From the NCBI GenBank assembly GCA_051294905.1, contig CM119372.1:21020001-21084000 (forward strand): 64,000 nt of DNA, written 5' to 3'. The notes below the pieces were generated by a model. It did no database searches and was not told the origin of the DNA. It saw only the letters and a list, made by a program, of their open reading frames with translations. Source of the DNA: Botryllus schlosseri. Lineage: Eukaryota. Position numbers and translations under genes: made by a program. Below are positions 62,471 through 64,000 of this stretch, in pieces. Positions within the stretch are counted from its first letter, which is position 1; every line of letters starts with the position of its first letter.

Positions 62471-64000
62471 CTGTGAAAGATATAAAATGAAAGCATAATA
62501 ATTAGGGATCCATGTCTGCAATTTCTGATTCGAATGCACGACATATTCGTTTTTACAGTATGTTAGGCCTAATATTATGCATTTGTGTTAATAATTTCAT
62601 CATTAGTGATGTGCAGAATATGTTTATTAATAGTTTTTTCTAATATTCATACTATTCTAATGTCCATACCATTCTCGTGTCCGTGTTCACGTAATCGCCG
62701 ACACTTCCAGTAACGTGAACAGCCCAAATCAATCTGGGGCTTACTTGAATTTGATCAGCGAGCAGTGCCATCCGGATGTTGTGCTAGTCACGATGATACA
62801 TTTCGTAATGTCGGAAATAATAGTCACCTCAATAATGGCTGAAATTACGCGACCCGGCGACACAATATACCTTTTAAACTATACTTAAGCACCCTTCAGA
62901 GCTTTCATTTCTACTTCCACTTGAGCTAGGCTTGCCACGTGTAAGAAATTGCTATAGTTCTACTGGTGATTGAGCAGATATTTACGATTACGTATACTTC
63001 TGCCAGCAACTGACTACTTTAACCATAGCTGGTTTAGTGGTATCATCTCTGCTAACAGCGAGGTAGACCCCGCCTCGATTTCCTGTTGGTTAAATGAACT
63101 CAGTTTTGTCATCTGATTGGGGCAGCTTCAACATTGTCTTTGAGACTGCGTGACCATGGGCAAACATGCGCCAATGAGCATTTTTTCATTTGCACCTTCA
63201 TGGTTATGTGAACGTGGCTTTTCTGTATATTGACTGGAAATGAATGCTGTAAAGCTTGCAATTGACGACAAAATGCGGGCTGTCATGAATGCAAAGTCGT
63301 TTCAGTCGTATATGATACCTTAAACAAGTAGCGAGGGAGCGATCCTTTTTGAAAGGTTCTATGTGAACGCGAGCGTGAACACGAACACGAACCTATGGCA
63401 TCACGTGAAGTCATATTGCTAGTTCTAGCCCTAAATTTCCGCGAAGTAATATACTAATGTAGCCTACACGATACCTAGCCACGACTCGGGTCACATGATG
63501 CCACTACGGTGCAAGTAAAGCGGACTATTCAAGCATCATGTATCAACTGGAACAATCAAATGCTATAAAAATTCCAAAAAATCGATGTTTTCGTCGGTTT
63601 GCGAACAATTTTGACGAGGAATTGCAAGGGAATATAAGCTTACGTCTTAACGGTCGAGTCTACTAGGCTAGACCGGATAATGTGTTCCTAAGGCATCATA
63701 TAGCTATTGCTACATAATAGGGCAGATTTGGCTTTTATGATAGGCCTTCAGAATATCATATCGAATCAAGATAGTTCCCATACGCCTGCTTTATTTTTTA
63801 CATTACACAACGATGCGTTCTTTATATCAACTTTGTTGATGTAGATCGTTGAGAATTATCAATTATTATTATGATAATTGTTATTGCGGGCCATGCTCAC
63901 AGCAGAGAGTCACTAAATATGAACAAAAGGAAAGCTGAATATTTCGAGCAAACTTTTCTAACAAAGCAAATAAAACTTTTGGAAAGGGCAAGCTGCATGC

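Overview
AT-rich, intron-containing animal genomic DNA. The kringle/EGF/ZP content, short introns and dense hAT MITEs suggest an invertebrate chordate such as an ascidian (inference only). Main feature: a large minus-strand spliced gene whose 5' end was not found (probably beyond 64 kb), traceable down to ~28 kb. Its exons splice with consistent phases into kringle - Thr-rich linker - kringle - linker - kringle - Ser/Thr/Glu mucin-like segment - six or more EGF-like modules, then a tandemly duplicated block and a decayed EGF+ZP-like tail with in-frame stops. A hAT MITE interrupts the mucin-like exon. A convergent plus-strand paralog at ~20-21.6 kb has a very similar kringle followed by an unrecognised ~114-aa domain, and a decayed copy of that domain lies at ~16.1-16.4 kb. 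The rest is mostly nested non-autonomous hAT elements with 8-bp TSDs, a tRNA-derived SINE family, a Chapaev3-like transposase relic and local duplications. Nearly all ORFs in the supplied track are spurious; all exon models were read by eye.
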